Below, one piece after another: positions 52,546 to 64,000 of a stretch of DNA of 64,000 nt. Position 1 is the stretch's first letter. Every line of letters begins with the position of its first letter. Location: assembly GCF_001194135.2 (NCBI RefSeq), contig NC_068983.1, positions 83,030,894-83,094,893 on the forward strand. The letters are read 5' to 3'. Origin of the DNA: Octopus bimaculoides. Lineage: Eukaryota. Under the pieces are notes generated by a model. It was given only the letters and a program-made list of their open reading frames with translations, was not told where the DNA came from and searched no databases. The translations under genes and the position numbers were made by a program.

Positions 52546-53186
52546 AAGGCAAACATCTCAAGTCGTATACAATATTATTATAGGAAGAAATTCAAAATCT
52601 TACTACTGTTTCTGGGATATCCTGAGTATGGGATATTCCATCATTAGAGACAATTAGGGAAAAAAGAGGGAAAATGAGAAGAGTATATATCAATAAGATG
52701 ACGACATAGAGGAAGGGAGTAAAAGAATAAGGAGATAGAAAGAAAGAAGAAAAAAGAAGCTTAAAAGTTCGTAGTTTCCGAAGTTATAAAAGCCTGAGCA
52801 TGGTCCTCAGGAACAATCCTGCGTAGATCCAAGATTTTAACCCACATCGATATACGTAGGATTGCACCTAAGGACTTACGCTCATGGATTTACACAGGAT
52901 TGCACCTAAGGGCTCATGCTCTAGTTTCTATAACTTCGTAAAGTTGAACTATGAACTTTTATGCTTCTTTTCTCTTCTGTCTTTCCATCTCCTTATTCAT
53001 TTACTCCCTTCCTCTATGTCGCCATCTTATTAATATGTACCGTTCTCATTTTCTCTATTTTTTCCCCTATTTGTCTCTGATTGCGGAATATGCCATACTC
53101 CATACTCGGGGATATCTCAGAAACAGCTGTAAGATTTTGAATTTCTTCCTATAAAAATATTGTATACGACTTGAGATGTTTGCCTT
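52546..53186. mobile_element. Foldback of two inverted Penelope-type pLTR-like arms, each with a hammerhead motif
   Basis: Arms 52546-52802 and 52915-53186 are reverse complements along their length. Hammerhead-like motifs lie at 52597-52651 (-) and 53073-53135 (+). The spacer holds a duplicated AGGATTGCACCTAAGG. Confidence 0.8.
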
Positions 53187-53363
53187 GCCTTAATGCTTGC
53201 TGTCCTGTTTAACAATCATATATCCGCTGCATCTGAAATATGCAATGGCTCCATAACTACCGTCTCGGCTATAACCTTGTAACCCCAGTAATCCCTTACA
53301 GCACTTACCTAGCGTACCTAATCGTTAGATCACCTGTGAACTAAACCCCCATACTTTGCATGC

Positions 53364-53422
<59 letters not shown>

Positions 53423-53460
53423 CATATATATGTATATATATATATATATACATAAATGTG

Positions 53461-53507
<47 letters not shown>

Positions 53508-54016
53508 ATGTACACACGAATTCATGCGCACTCATTTATTATGAGATGCGAAAATGTGTAGAAAGGCAGCATCTGCTGAAATATGAGTCAACAGTAGTTT
53601 TATTAGTGAACAAAAGGCAAAGGTGTTTCTGAAAACAGTATTTCTATAGAGTTTATCTAAATTGATAAATGGAGAATACCTCGAGGTTTATGTAATAAAT
53701 AATTCATTATGGATTTTTCCTCAATGAATTAAAATGTAAATCTATTCTCTTATAAAACATAGGAAATTTTAATTTTAAATTGCTTGCCAGTGAATGTCAA
53801 AATGATACATACACGTCTTTTTATAAATTACAATGAATATATTCCAATTTACATATAATACGCATAGTTTTGTATATATTTTGTTTAAAAAGTTGTCCGC
53901 TAGTATGTATATGACCGGACGCATACAAGTTCACACAAACTCACATACAAAATTATACAGTCAACACATTTACACGCACACACATTCACACACACACACA
54001 CATATGTATATATATG

Positions 54017-54073
<57 letters not shown>

Positions 54074-54619
54074 NNNNNNNNNNNNNNNNNNNNNNNNNNN
54101 NNNNNNNNNNNNNNNNNNNNNNNNNNNNNNNNNNNNNNNNNNNNNNNNNNNNNNNNNNNNNNNNNNNNNNNNNNNNNNNNNNNNNNNNNNNNNNNNNNNN
54201 NNNNNNNNNNNNNNNNNNNNNNNNNNNNNNNNNNNNNNNNNNNNNNNNNNNNNNNNNNNNNNNNNNNNNNNNNNNNNNNNNNNNNNNNNNNNNNNNNNNN
54301 NNNNNNNNNNNNNNNNNNNNNNNNNNNNNNNNNNNNNNNNNNNNNNNNNNNNNNNNNNNNNNNNNNNNNNNNNNNNNNNNNNNNNNNNNNNNNNNNTATA
54401 TATATATATATTTATATATACATGCATATTCATATATAGGTATATAGCTATTTCTGTTAATACACGTACCTGTAAACAAATTCATTTTCATAAACTTACG
54501 TAAACAGTCGAATACGCAAAGTAACAGCGGTCATTAAGGAAGGTATTACGAAGTTACCACGATTCCTAGAAATAGCTGTGAAATCTCCAACAAATCACAT
54601 CCAAGTGGCTGCCCAAGCA

Positions 54620-54895
54620 GGAATAGGTTACTGCGGTCTTGCGTAATGTACGCCCACAAAGCCTGAGAGGCCTACATGGGGTGGATTCAAGGGTTTTCAA
54701 AATCAAACTGGATCTCTTTGTCAGGACTTCCGGATGAAGCTACTTCACGGCAAGAAACGCAAATGAGGGTAGCAAAATCAAACTCCTTCATTCACCAAAT
54801 GTGAATGAGAGAAGATTTAGTGAAAATGTAGCAAAGCAAATGGCAGTGTCCCAGCATGGCCGCAACTCTCGAGCTGAAATTAGAAAAGGAAAAAA
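54620..54895 (+). mobile_element. CR1-like LINE 3' end with tail
   Basis: Translates to NVRPQSLRGLHGVDSRVFKIKLDLF(L)SGLPDEATSRQETQMRVAKSNSFIHQM*, matching the FK..LD.FL..PD.P C-terminal motif. The 3' tail reads GGCAGTGTCCCAGCATGGCCGCAACTCTCGAGCTGAAATTAGAAAAG. Confidence 0.72.
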
Positions 54896-54906
54896 GATAA
54901 TTATTT

Positions 54907-54953
<47 letters not shown>

Positions 54954-57900
54954 TATACAGAGACATGACTGAAGTAAATAGACACCCCATAAAACATCGT
55001 TTTAAGTTTACAGTAATCCCTGACCATATCACGGTTCTCCTATTGCAGTTCACCTATCGCGTTTTATTATTTAAGCTTACGTCGATTCCTCCATGGTGTT
55101 GTTTTGCAGTTATAATAAAATAGATATATACAAATTATAAAAATAATAAAATAAAATTTATAGTACTGTTTCTACTTTGTGGATTGTCATCAATCGCAGG
55201 GGTGGGGTTGGAATGTAACACCTGCGATAGTCGAGTGTTACTGTATTCTAACTTGTAACGGTTTATGTTTTTTATTAATTGACATTTTTATGTTTCAGGT
55301 TCTATATGTGATTGTTTAATTACGCCATGTACAGAAGAATCCTTGAAACTGTCTGGGCAGTGCTCCATCATGGCCGCAGTCTGATAACTGAAATAAGTAA
55401 AGGAAGTTAAAAAAATGAAATCGAGACTAAGAATATAAAGTTATGCGCAATCTGCTAAAGGTCGGAGTTACGGATATATTCTATAATTATCATCAAAGAA
55501 ACCTGGATCTTTATTTACAATAGCACTAAATATATTGACTAGTTACGAAGCAAATTATTTTGAGACATGGAGGTTGTTCGAAAGATTCACCAGTGATTAA
55601 ACTAAAGTTTACAAGATGTCACCGATAAAGTTAAGCAAACGATATTTTAAGAATACTTTCTTGAATTGGCGAGCAAAGAGGATCAACAATTCATTATCAT
55701 TGTTAATTAGATTAGATTTACGTTAAAAATTTCTAGTGCCTCTACAGAATATAATAGCAATTGCGTCCACTCCCTTTATACGGAGGCGCTGTACATATAA
55801 TTGATGATTATAGGGAATAGCTAATATTTTATTTTCCAGGTCACAAATAAATTTAGCTAACAAGGTACTAAGAGCATTGTTTATTATTTTTTTTTTTTGA
55901 AAGGAACGTACTTGATTGTGCGCTAGATTAAAATTTTGAATAGAGTAGCACCGATATAATAATGTTCATTATTTGGTGTCTAAATTAAACATTTATATAT
56001 TAAATTAGTTCTAAATCATTAGTTCTAAATCATTAGTTATTTGAAGGCCACTTTATAGTATTTCTACAGTTATGCATGTTATTAAAGATATTAATTAGCT
56101 GAAGAATTATTGCTTATTGAATTAGTGCTTTATTATTATTAGAAGAGGCTACTACCGAGTTAGGTTTAAAGTTACACATTCTTCTGGATTAGTGTTATGG
56201 TTTTCAGTGGAAGTTCCAGGGCTTTTAGTTGGTTCTCATTCTCTATTAGTAAAGTATAATTCCTGCAATCGTCTATAGAGATTATTGAACTTCTTTTCAA
56301 TTCTGAAATATTGCAATATTGCATGTGCATGCAACTGTACAAACTACAATAGCTGCGCTCTCAACAGACACTGCTTAAACGGATTTTCAGTATACTGCGC
56401 CAAACTAAAATTGTTTGATGCTTCTCAATCAAAATCTCATATCAAAACAAAAGTGAACTAATTCAATCCAAGCCATTACGCGTACAAATATTTGATAGGT
56501 GATACTCGGCACCTTTTCAGGCAGATTTACAGATTGAGGGAAAATGATATTAATCCATTTTTTCTGTATGAGCATATAGGCACGATACTCACAGGAATAA
56601 CAAAGAAGTATTAATGCTACACCATAACGGAAGGTGACTGAAATCAAGATTGGATATTTCATTTACTTATTTGCAGAGAACAATATATTTGCTATGTACA
56701 TAAATGCAAAACAATATGTCTGCCTTAATATTTTGGATTTCAGCAAAATATTTCACACACTGACTAATTTTCCTCATTCGTATAGTCTGTATTTTTCTCT
56801 CTCCTACTTTACCTTTATTAAAATGCTTTTTCTTTATATAATATTTCATTGTCATTATTGGCTTTATATTCTGTTTCCGCTCGTGGTGTTATTTTATTCT
56901 TTCTCCGTCACTTTCTTTCTTTCTTTGTATCATTTCGTTGCCAAGTAAGCATTTCAAACTGTTAACAATACTTTATAACGTAAGTTTATGAATGAATACT
57001 ATCTTGAGTGCTTTGAAAGTTTTTTCTCTGCTGTTCCTTTTTTCTATCTTCTATATATTTCTTTTATGCTCTTTAATATTTTTATTGCATTTGTCTGTGA
57101 CTAGTCTTTTATGAATGTCTTTGACGTTACGCCTCTAACTTCGCCACGTTATACTCTTATTTATTTCATCAAATGTTATTTTTATATTTTTGCACCTACA
57201 ATCAATAAAAGCCTCATATTGTTTGTTTACATCCTGTTGAATTAGCTGCTCTGATTAATTCATCAAACATTTTCCGATGATGAGGCGTGTAAAGCTCGGA
57301 GTAATGATTTGTAGAGTTTGAATTCAAGCATATATTGACAGTCTACGTTCAATATTAATTGCTTCCTTTATCATTGGTTATGCAACATTGCTTCCACACA
57401 CTCACACGCATACATGTACAAATATATCCATGCATATCTATCTATCTATTAATCTATCTACCTATCAATTTATCTATTTTTCTATTAATATATATATATA
57501 TATTGAGAAAGAGAGAGAGAGAGAAAGAAACAGAAACAGACATGCGATTATCGTTTGTTCCCTACGTACGTTTCAAAGTGTTGACACTCTTTGGAATCAT
57601 TGCATTCAATATTCCGTGCAGATGGATGCTTAATTTCAACAGATCATCAGGCAAAAGTCTTCTTACATTATAATTACCTAGATCCACTGTGTCTCTGCCA
57701 TTTTTTCTCCTCCCCTCCTTATTTCTGCTGTTCTTCTGCCTCTACCTCTCTCTCTCTTCTCTCCTCACGTGACCGGTGTTCGGTCAAGCCTGATCTTTCT
57801 TTCTTGGTTCAGCCGTTGTCCGTGCAACATCTATTTTTCCCCTGAGCCTGTGAAATCTTGTATCCCTGCCATAAGGCTTTACTTCCACACACACCAACTT

Positions 57901-59569
57901 AATTTAATTCGTCCTTAGTCGAAAGATACCTGTTGTTATGTCCTGTTATTTGTATTTGTGTAACTTTCTACATTTTTTTCGTCTCTGTTTTCGTATGCTT
58001 TCTCCCAAGGAATCTAATGCTCTTGGCTTAGTTTTTCCTTGGGGCTGGCCAGATTGGAGCAATCTCGAGTATAACCAGCCGAAATAGCAAAGATAATCTG
58101 GAACTCGACTGAGGAAAGAAAGTTCCGAATGACCCGTCCTTGTTCCATTGTGTCGTCTATCTGGACACACACACACACANNNNNNNNNNNNNNNNNNNNN
58201 NNNNNNNNNNNNNNNNNNNNNNNNNNNNNNNNNNNNNNNNNNNNNNNNNNNNNNNNNNNNNNNNNNNNNNNNNNNNNNNNNNNNNNNNNNNNNNNNNNNN
58301 NNNNNNNNNNNNNNNNNNNNNNNNNNNNNNNNNNNNNNNNNNNNNNNNNNNNNNNNNNNNNNNNNNNNNNNNNNNNNNNNNNNNNNNNNNNNNNNNNNNN
58401 NNNNNNNNNNNNNNNNNNNNNNNNNNNNNNNNNNNNNNNNNNNNNNNNNNNNNNNNNNNNNNNNNNNNNNNNNNNNNNNNNNNNNNNNNNNNNNNNNNNN
58501 NNNNNNNNNNNNNNNNNNNNNNNNNNNNNNNNNNNNNNNNNNNNNNNNNNNNNNNNNNNNNNNNNNNNNNNNNNNNNNNNNNNNNNNNNNNNNNNNNNNN
58601 NNNNNNNNNNNNNNNNNNNNNNNNNNNNNNNNNNNNNNNNNNNNNNNNNNNNNNNNNNNNNNNNNNNNNNNNNNNNNNNNNNNNNNNNNNNNNNNNNNNN
58701 NNNNNNNNNNNNNNNNNNNNNNNNNNNNNNNNNNNNNNNNNNNNNNNNNNNNNNNNNNNNNNNNNNNNNNNNNNNNNNNNNNNNNNNNNNNNNNNNNNNN
58801 NNNNNNNNNNNNNNNNNNNNNNNNNNNNNNNNNNNNNNNNNNNNNNNNNNNNNNNNNNNNNNNNNNNNNNNNNNNNNNNNNNNNNNNNNNNNNNNNNNNN
58901 NNNNNNNNNNNNNNNNNNNNNNNNNNNNNNNNNNNNNNNNNNNNNNNNNNNNNNNNNNNNNNNNNNNNNNNNNNNNNNNNNNNNNNNNNNNNNNNNNNNN
59001 NNNNNNNNNNNNNNNNNNNNNNNNNNNNNNNNNNNNNNNNNNNNNNNNNNNNNNNNNNNNNNNATATATATATATATATATACACATACATATATATATT
59101 CATTTATATTAATAAATGTGTGTGAGTGTGTATTTATTTACACAAATACATATATATTTCCCTCTCTCTCTTTCTCTCTCTATCTCTTTCTCACTCGCTT
59201 TCTTTCTTTCTCTGTCTCTCTTCTTTCCTCATTCGCTTACCGTTTCTGCGACCTAGTCATCTCATTTCTGTTTTAGTTTTACGTGCACAAAATACGTGTA
59301 CATCTTTTTCCCGGCTCACCCAAGCACCCTTTCAATCTTCCGGTTTTTAGCCCTCCTCGAACCGGCCCCCTCCACATTCTAACTCACCCTTACCCCACCA
59401 CTTCTCGATCCGATACACATTCAGTAATTTTCCCTTCAACTGCGTCACCCATCCGTTTTACCACGGTAATTTACAACCCACATTGACACCGCAATCCCTG
59501 CCATTTATCACCCAAGCTAGGGAAACAGTTTAGCAATAAGTGGACCATAGCAATGGAAGCAACAACTAC

Positions 59570-59693
59570 AACAACAACAGCAACAAACAGTTCGACTAAT
59601 ACTCCAACTGCCACCACCACTCTCCTACGCGACTACTATTACAATCACAGCCATCACCATCACTACAAACACGAATACTACTACTACTACTAC

Positions 59694-59754
<61 letters not shown>

Positions 59755-60065
59755 AAGAAGAAGAAGAAGAAGAAGAAGAAGAAGAAGAAGAAGAAGAATA
59801 TTGCCTCTATAAACTGCTTTTGCTACCTCAAATACTACTGTTGATAAGCTGCCACTGTTACTACTACTCTACCAACTACAATTACAAGTACAACTCCTAT
59901 TACTACTATCACGAAGACAACGACGAATACTACCACTACTATTATTATTTACTACTGCAGCTATGGCTGCTGATGTTGGTGCTGTTGACGCTGCTGCTAC
60001 TACTACTACTACTACTACTACTGCTACCTCTACGCTGCTTCTGCTACATTTACTACTGCTGTTGC
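59570..60065. repeat. Compound trinucleotide block (CTA)n-(TAA)n-(GAA)n and degenerate (CTA/CTG)n
   Basis: Seen directly. Confidence 0.95.
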
Positions 60066-60999
60066 TGCCACTATCAAAAATAGTATTCAAATACCACAGG
60101 TAGAACAATATGCTTTGTTATTAAAGCTGCAAAAGCATCACAAAAATATCACAGACCACTGCTACTCAGAGTTTCACGTGCCCGTTTGTCGGACAGTTGT
60201 GATTAAGTGTGGGACAAGAATTAAGGTTATATGTATAAATATATTGTACAATTTACATTGACAGATACACACTTGAATTTGTTTTACTTTTCATTGGTCG
60301 TTTCAACTAACGGTTCTTAAAAAAAAAAGGAAACGGTGATATAAAATTAAATATCGTGTTGTGAAAAATCGAAGAAAACCTTAAATCAAAAATAAAGTTT
60401 AGTTTAGAAGAGAAAACATACATGCCCAGAGTAAGTTAAGTAATGTTAAAATAAGTTTAATTAAAAATGTGAGTCTGTTTATAATAAAATATTCATTTAT
60501 AGAAAATCTGAAAGCATCAAAATATGTATAGACACAAATATATATATAGACTCTAAAAACATATATACATGTATACGCTAACACGTACAAAAGCTGATAC
60601 ATACATACATACATACATACATGCAGACAAATGAATATATTTACTAGTGCATACATAGATATCTATACACATATACATGCACAATAAGTCCCCGTGCGTA
60701 TGTGCTAAAATGTTTCTAATATACAACTTTGTTGTTGCTAGTTAGAGAAAGAGGGAAAGAAAAGAGAACAAAAAAATCAGAATAAGTAGTGGTGCGTGGG
60801 GTGGGGGAGAAGAGAGAAGATAGATATTCGAAAATAGCGTTCTTTATAGTATCCAGTAGAGAAAAAGGAGAAAAGCTAGCATACAGCAAAACCGTTATGT
60901 GTGTATAGTTAAACGCATATACGCACACATATATATAGACTTGCATAAACACACCCACATAAAGAATACACACACCGTATATATATATATATATATATA

Positions 61000-61244
61000 A
61001 GCGCCCTTTTAAAGCCTAGCCAGGCTCATGGGCCCGGTTTCCAGGTTTCAATGGCGTATGTGTTCCCCAGCTGAACGGGACGGCAGTCCATCACTGCGTT
61101 ACTCATTTTTGCCAGCTGAGTGGAACTGGAGCAATGTGATATGAAGTGTTTTGCTCAAGAACACAACGCGTCGCCCGGTCCAGAAATCGAAACCACAATC
61201 TTACGATCATGATGTTGACACCCTAACCACTAAACCACGCACCT

Positions 61245-61248
<4 letters not shown>
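61000..61248 (-). mobile_element. tRNA-headed SINE, family C
   Basis: Reverse complement reads GTGGAGGTGCGTGGTTTAGTGGTTAGGGTG (A box)..GTGGTTTCGATTTC (B box)..GTTGTGTTCTTGAGCAAAACACTTC..CTCAGCTGGCAAAAATGAGTAAC..GAAACCGGGCCCATGAGCCTGGCTAGGCTTTAAAAGGGCGC. Confidence 0.85.
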
Positions 61249-61286
<38 letters not shown>

Positions 61287-61288
<2 letters not shown>

Positions 61289-61713
61289 GCAAATAATCAG
61301 AAAATGGAGAAAACCACAGATCGGTTGGACCATATTTATAGCTTATTTTTTAATACAAAGTATAATATAACAAAACAGGTGACGTAACATATCTTACGAC
61401 CCGTACTGATCAGATTGCCAAAATGCAGTCTATACATAAACGCGACAATAAAATTCTTCATCTTCATAGGGTATTCGAATTAAGGGAACGGATCTTCACC
61501 AGAGTGAAAAACAAGAGCATATAATATAAACAAAAAAGAAGGAAAAGGAAAGAAAACATGATTTAGTAAATAGTCTAGAAACCCAATATATTAAGAGTAA
61601 ATAATTATTTACCATCAGGGCTACAGGAAAAACTACTAAAAATAAGCTATAAATGTGGTCCAACCGATATGTTGGGTAATCTGTGGTTTTCTCCATTTTC
61701 TAATTATTTGCAT
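61287..61713. repeat. Inverted repeat, arms 61287-61350 and 61638-61713
   Basis: ATGCAAATAATCAGAAAATGGAGAAAACCACAGATCGGTTGGACCATATTTATAGCTTATTTTT matches the reverse complement of the right arm, which has an 11-12-nt insertion. Confidence 0.9.
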
Positions 61714-62546
61714 TGGTTTCTGATGAACTCTTGTTTATCCTGTTGTCATCTGCACTCTATGTGTATGGTGTGCCTATACACCATTGCCCGGGGATAATGC
61801 AGGTAACGGATACCGATAGTATATACGGGTATTTTTTATCTCTTAGTCAGTTACTTTAACCGCTAACACTGTTTACATTTGATATATACACACACAAGCA
61901 CACGAACGCACACATACACACGTTGTCTGTTTGTTTTTTTGTTTTCTTTTTTGAAGTTTACATTTATAATGTACCCTTTTCTATTAGTTTACGCAGGATT
62001 ATTGCTTGTGACACTATAAAAGACTTTCGAATGACTGGAAAAGTATGTTACTACAATTTGTAGGAATTGTAGACGAGTATGCGTGAGTTATGTTCTAGTT
62101 TTTACCTTTTATTACTTCTTCCATTTCTTCAGATAGGACAGATGTGTTGATCAAGAATAGAAAACATAAGTAAATTACATATGCCTTCTAAACAGAATTG
62201 CCTGCAACTGTCAATGAATATTTGAAGTTATATACAAACCAACACAATTCTGAAATATGTATAAACTACAGACAAGAAAAGACAGTGCGTCCTGATTGTT
62301 GCAATATAGGCTATCAATAGAAATTTGAAATTTCGTTAGTGATATCAGTCACGATATCGTTGGCACTCTCTTCTTCAAAGAGGGTTCTGCACATAACAAT
62401 ACCGACCTTTTTTGTTCACAAGACGAAACGATTAAGATTTGTATATTTTATTATAGAAAACAACGCCAAAGCAGAGATACGAAATGTGAAGCGGGGAGAA
62501 AAATTGAACGAAACAACATAATTGTTTCTAATATATGTTTAAATGC

Positions 62547-62707
62547 AAGGTGGTGGTCTGACAGAATCGATAACACGCCGACACGCCGGGAAAATGCTTA
62601 GCAACATTTCGTCCGTCTTTAAACTCTGATTTCAATTCCACCGTGGTCAACTTGGCCTTTACCCCTTTACAAAAATTGCTGACCTTGTGCCAATATCTGA
62701 AACCAAT
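62547..62707 (+). mobile_element. SINE family A with internal deletion
   Basis: AAGGTGGTGGTCTGACAGAATCG..ATGCTTAGCAACATTTCGTCCGTCTTTAAACTCTG..GACCTTGTGCCAATATCTGAAACCAAT. Confidence 0.8.
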
Positions 62708-62914
62708 ATACTTGAAACGAATTTAAATACATGTTATTTGCATACGGTTCGTCTTTAGTATATGTTTCATGATTACAGTTCCCGATGTTTTAACTCAGGG
62801 GGAATAATCTGCGTTGTGAGTGTCAAGTTTGCATCAGTTAGGTGTAGTTTAGAGTGTAGTATGTGATTGTGTGTTTAGGTGTATGCAGGCAAATGGGTAA
62901 TCGTTCCGTAAATC

Positions 62915-63485
62915 TGTTTATAAAGCGCTGCCTGCTTTAAAAGGCGCCACATGGTAGTTTTCGATACTTCTCTGCCACAACGTTTGAAGACTTCTCTATT
63001 TGTCAGACATAGGTTCCGCACAACTTCCTTTTTCACGCGTGACAAAATACGATTCAAAGCAACTCCCGACTTGCCCTTATGTGTACTGTCCTATTTCGAC
63101 TGAACCGAAATAGGACACTGCACAAATTTCTTCAGTTTTCGGTGATCTCTGCCTTGTATTTTGGATATTTCTATGGTTGTTTTTCCTTTTCCAAGCTCTG
63201 ACGCGTTGGTAAACTTCTTATTCGAGGTAAGATCACATTTCTGATCCATAATGACATTTAAATTGGGCACCTGCCTAATAATTTCGGATAGCAAATATGT
63301 TGCTGCTATATGATAATGGCTACTGTTTGTTTTCGTCTGCGCAGATCAGATTTATTTTAATAGAATGTCCGCAGATATTTTGATAGAATGTGCGCTAACA
63401 GTCCGTGGGAAACAACTGATTTTGAACAAATATACATTTATTTATTGAGGGAAGGTTGATTTGCCTAATAATGTGGGACGCAGTG
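62915..63485 (-). mobile_element. Tc1-like transposon 5' remnant (left TIR and N-terminal HTH DNA-binding region)
   Basis: Translates to MDQKCDLTSNKK..ELGKGKTTIEISKIQGRDHRKLKKFV..LSRVKKEVVRNLCLTNREVFKRCG.EVSKTTMWRLLKQAA. The minus-strand end TA|CACTGCGTCCCACATTATTAGGCAAATC has TA at 63486-63487. Confidence 0.8.
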
Positions 63486-63782
63486 TATATATTTGTGTCT
63501 GTGTCCCTCTGTCTATCCGTCAGTATGTTTATGCGCGAACATAAAACTACTTGACTAAGTATTAATCTTCCTTTCTCCTACTTTCTTTTTCCCCTAAGCA
63601 GTTATGACAGCGATAGCTGATTAGGTATTTTATCTAAACTGGAACGCAAGATTCTCACGTTCATATTTTGATTTTTTGCGTTTCTATAATATTATTTGCT
63701 TTTATTCATTCCCTAACTTGATGGGCAGATAACAACAAGCCAGCTGACACTAAAAAAACTCTAGTAAGACATCTTTATCAAT

Positions 63783-63828
63783 GTACCTGAAGTGACCCAG
63801 ACTGATGGGTCGAAACATATGTTATACC
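63783..63828 (+). ncRNA. Degenerate minimal hammerhead-ribozyme motif (second family)
   Basis: GTAC-CTGAAG(A missing)T-GACCCA-GACTGA-TGGGTC-GAAA-CATATG-TT-ATAC. Perfect 6-bp stem II and palindromic stem III; one core lesion and one stem I mismatch. Confidence 0.55.
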
Positions 63829-64000
63829 TAATAATGGTCTAATACGAAATCTATCTCCTATTAATTAATACTATACATACATATCCATATGTATATATAT
63901 ATACACACATATATATACACATATATACATATGCATATGTACACGTGAGTGTGTATAGGTGGGGGTGTATATATACATATATATTTATATATATACATAC

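Noticed and set aside
58020-58145. Hairpins and CTGAGGA..GAA..GTC resembling a ribozyme
   Set aside because: The stems are inconsistent with hammerhead topology; probably an unclassified repeat end.
61190-61248. tRNA-like sequences at SINE heads
   Set aside because: They have A and B boxes but no complete cloverleaf, and they continue into SINE bodies.

Overview
AT-rich animal genomic scaffold with 12 N-gaps, almost all flanked by microsatellites. It has very dense simple repeats ((TA)n, (CA)n, (GA)n, (TAGA)n, (TACA)n and trinucleotides) and many tRNA-headed SINEs. The repeat landscape looks like an octopus genome; this is an inference, not a database match. I could not support any intact host protein-coding gene, tRNA, rRNA or CRISPR array. 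The long ORFs in the track are read-throughs of microsatellites or N-gaps, and the window behaves like intronic or intergenic DNA. Recognisable coding sequence is decayed transposon: three Tc1/mariner remnants (one with DD36E spacing, one maT/DD37D-like, one N-terminal Tc1 piece), a Naiad-like Penelope retroelement, a Helitron 3' end, and RTE-, R4/Dong- and CR1-like LINE pieces. The most notable structures are: (1) a ~640-bp foldback whose ~260-bp arms each carry a minimal hammerhead-ribozyme motif, with other dispersed hammerhead relics elsewhere; (2) a Penelope element whose missing RT core lies 5 kb away; (3) a Helitron nested in a SINE; (4) a SINE tail shared with a local CR1 3' end; (5) a 22-bp tandem array in which every unit resembles a 3' splice site. 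A few short candidate exons are listed at low confidence.
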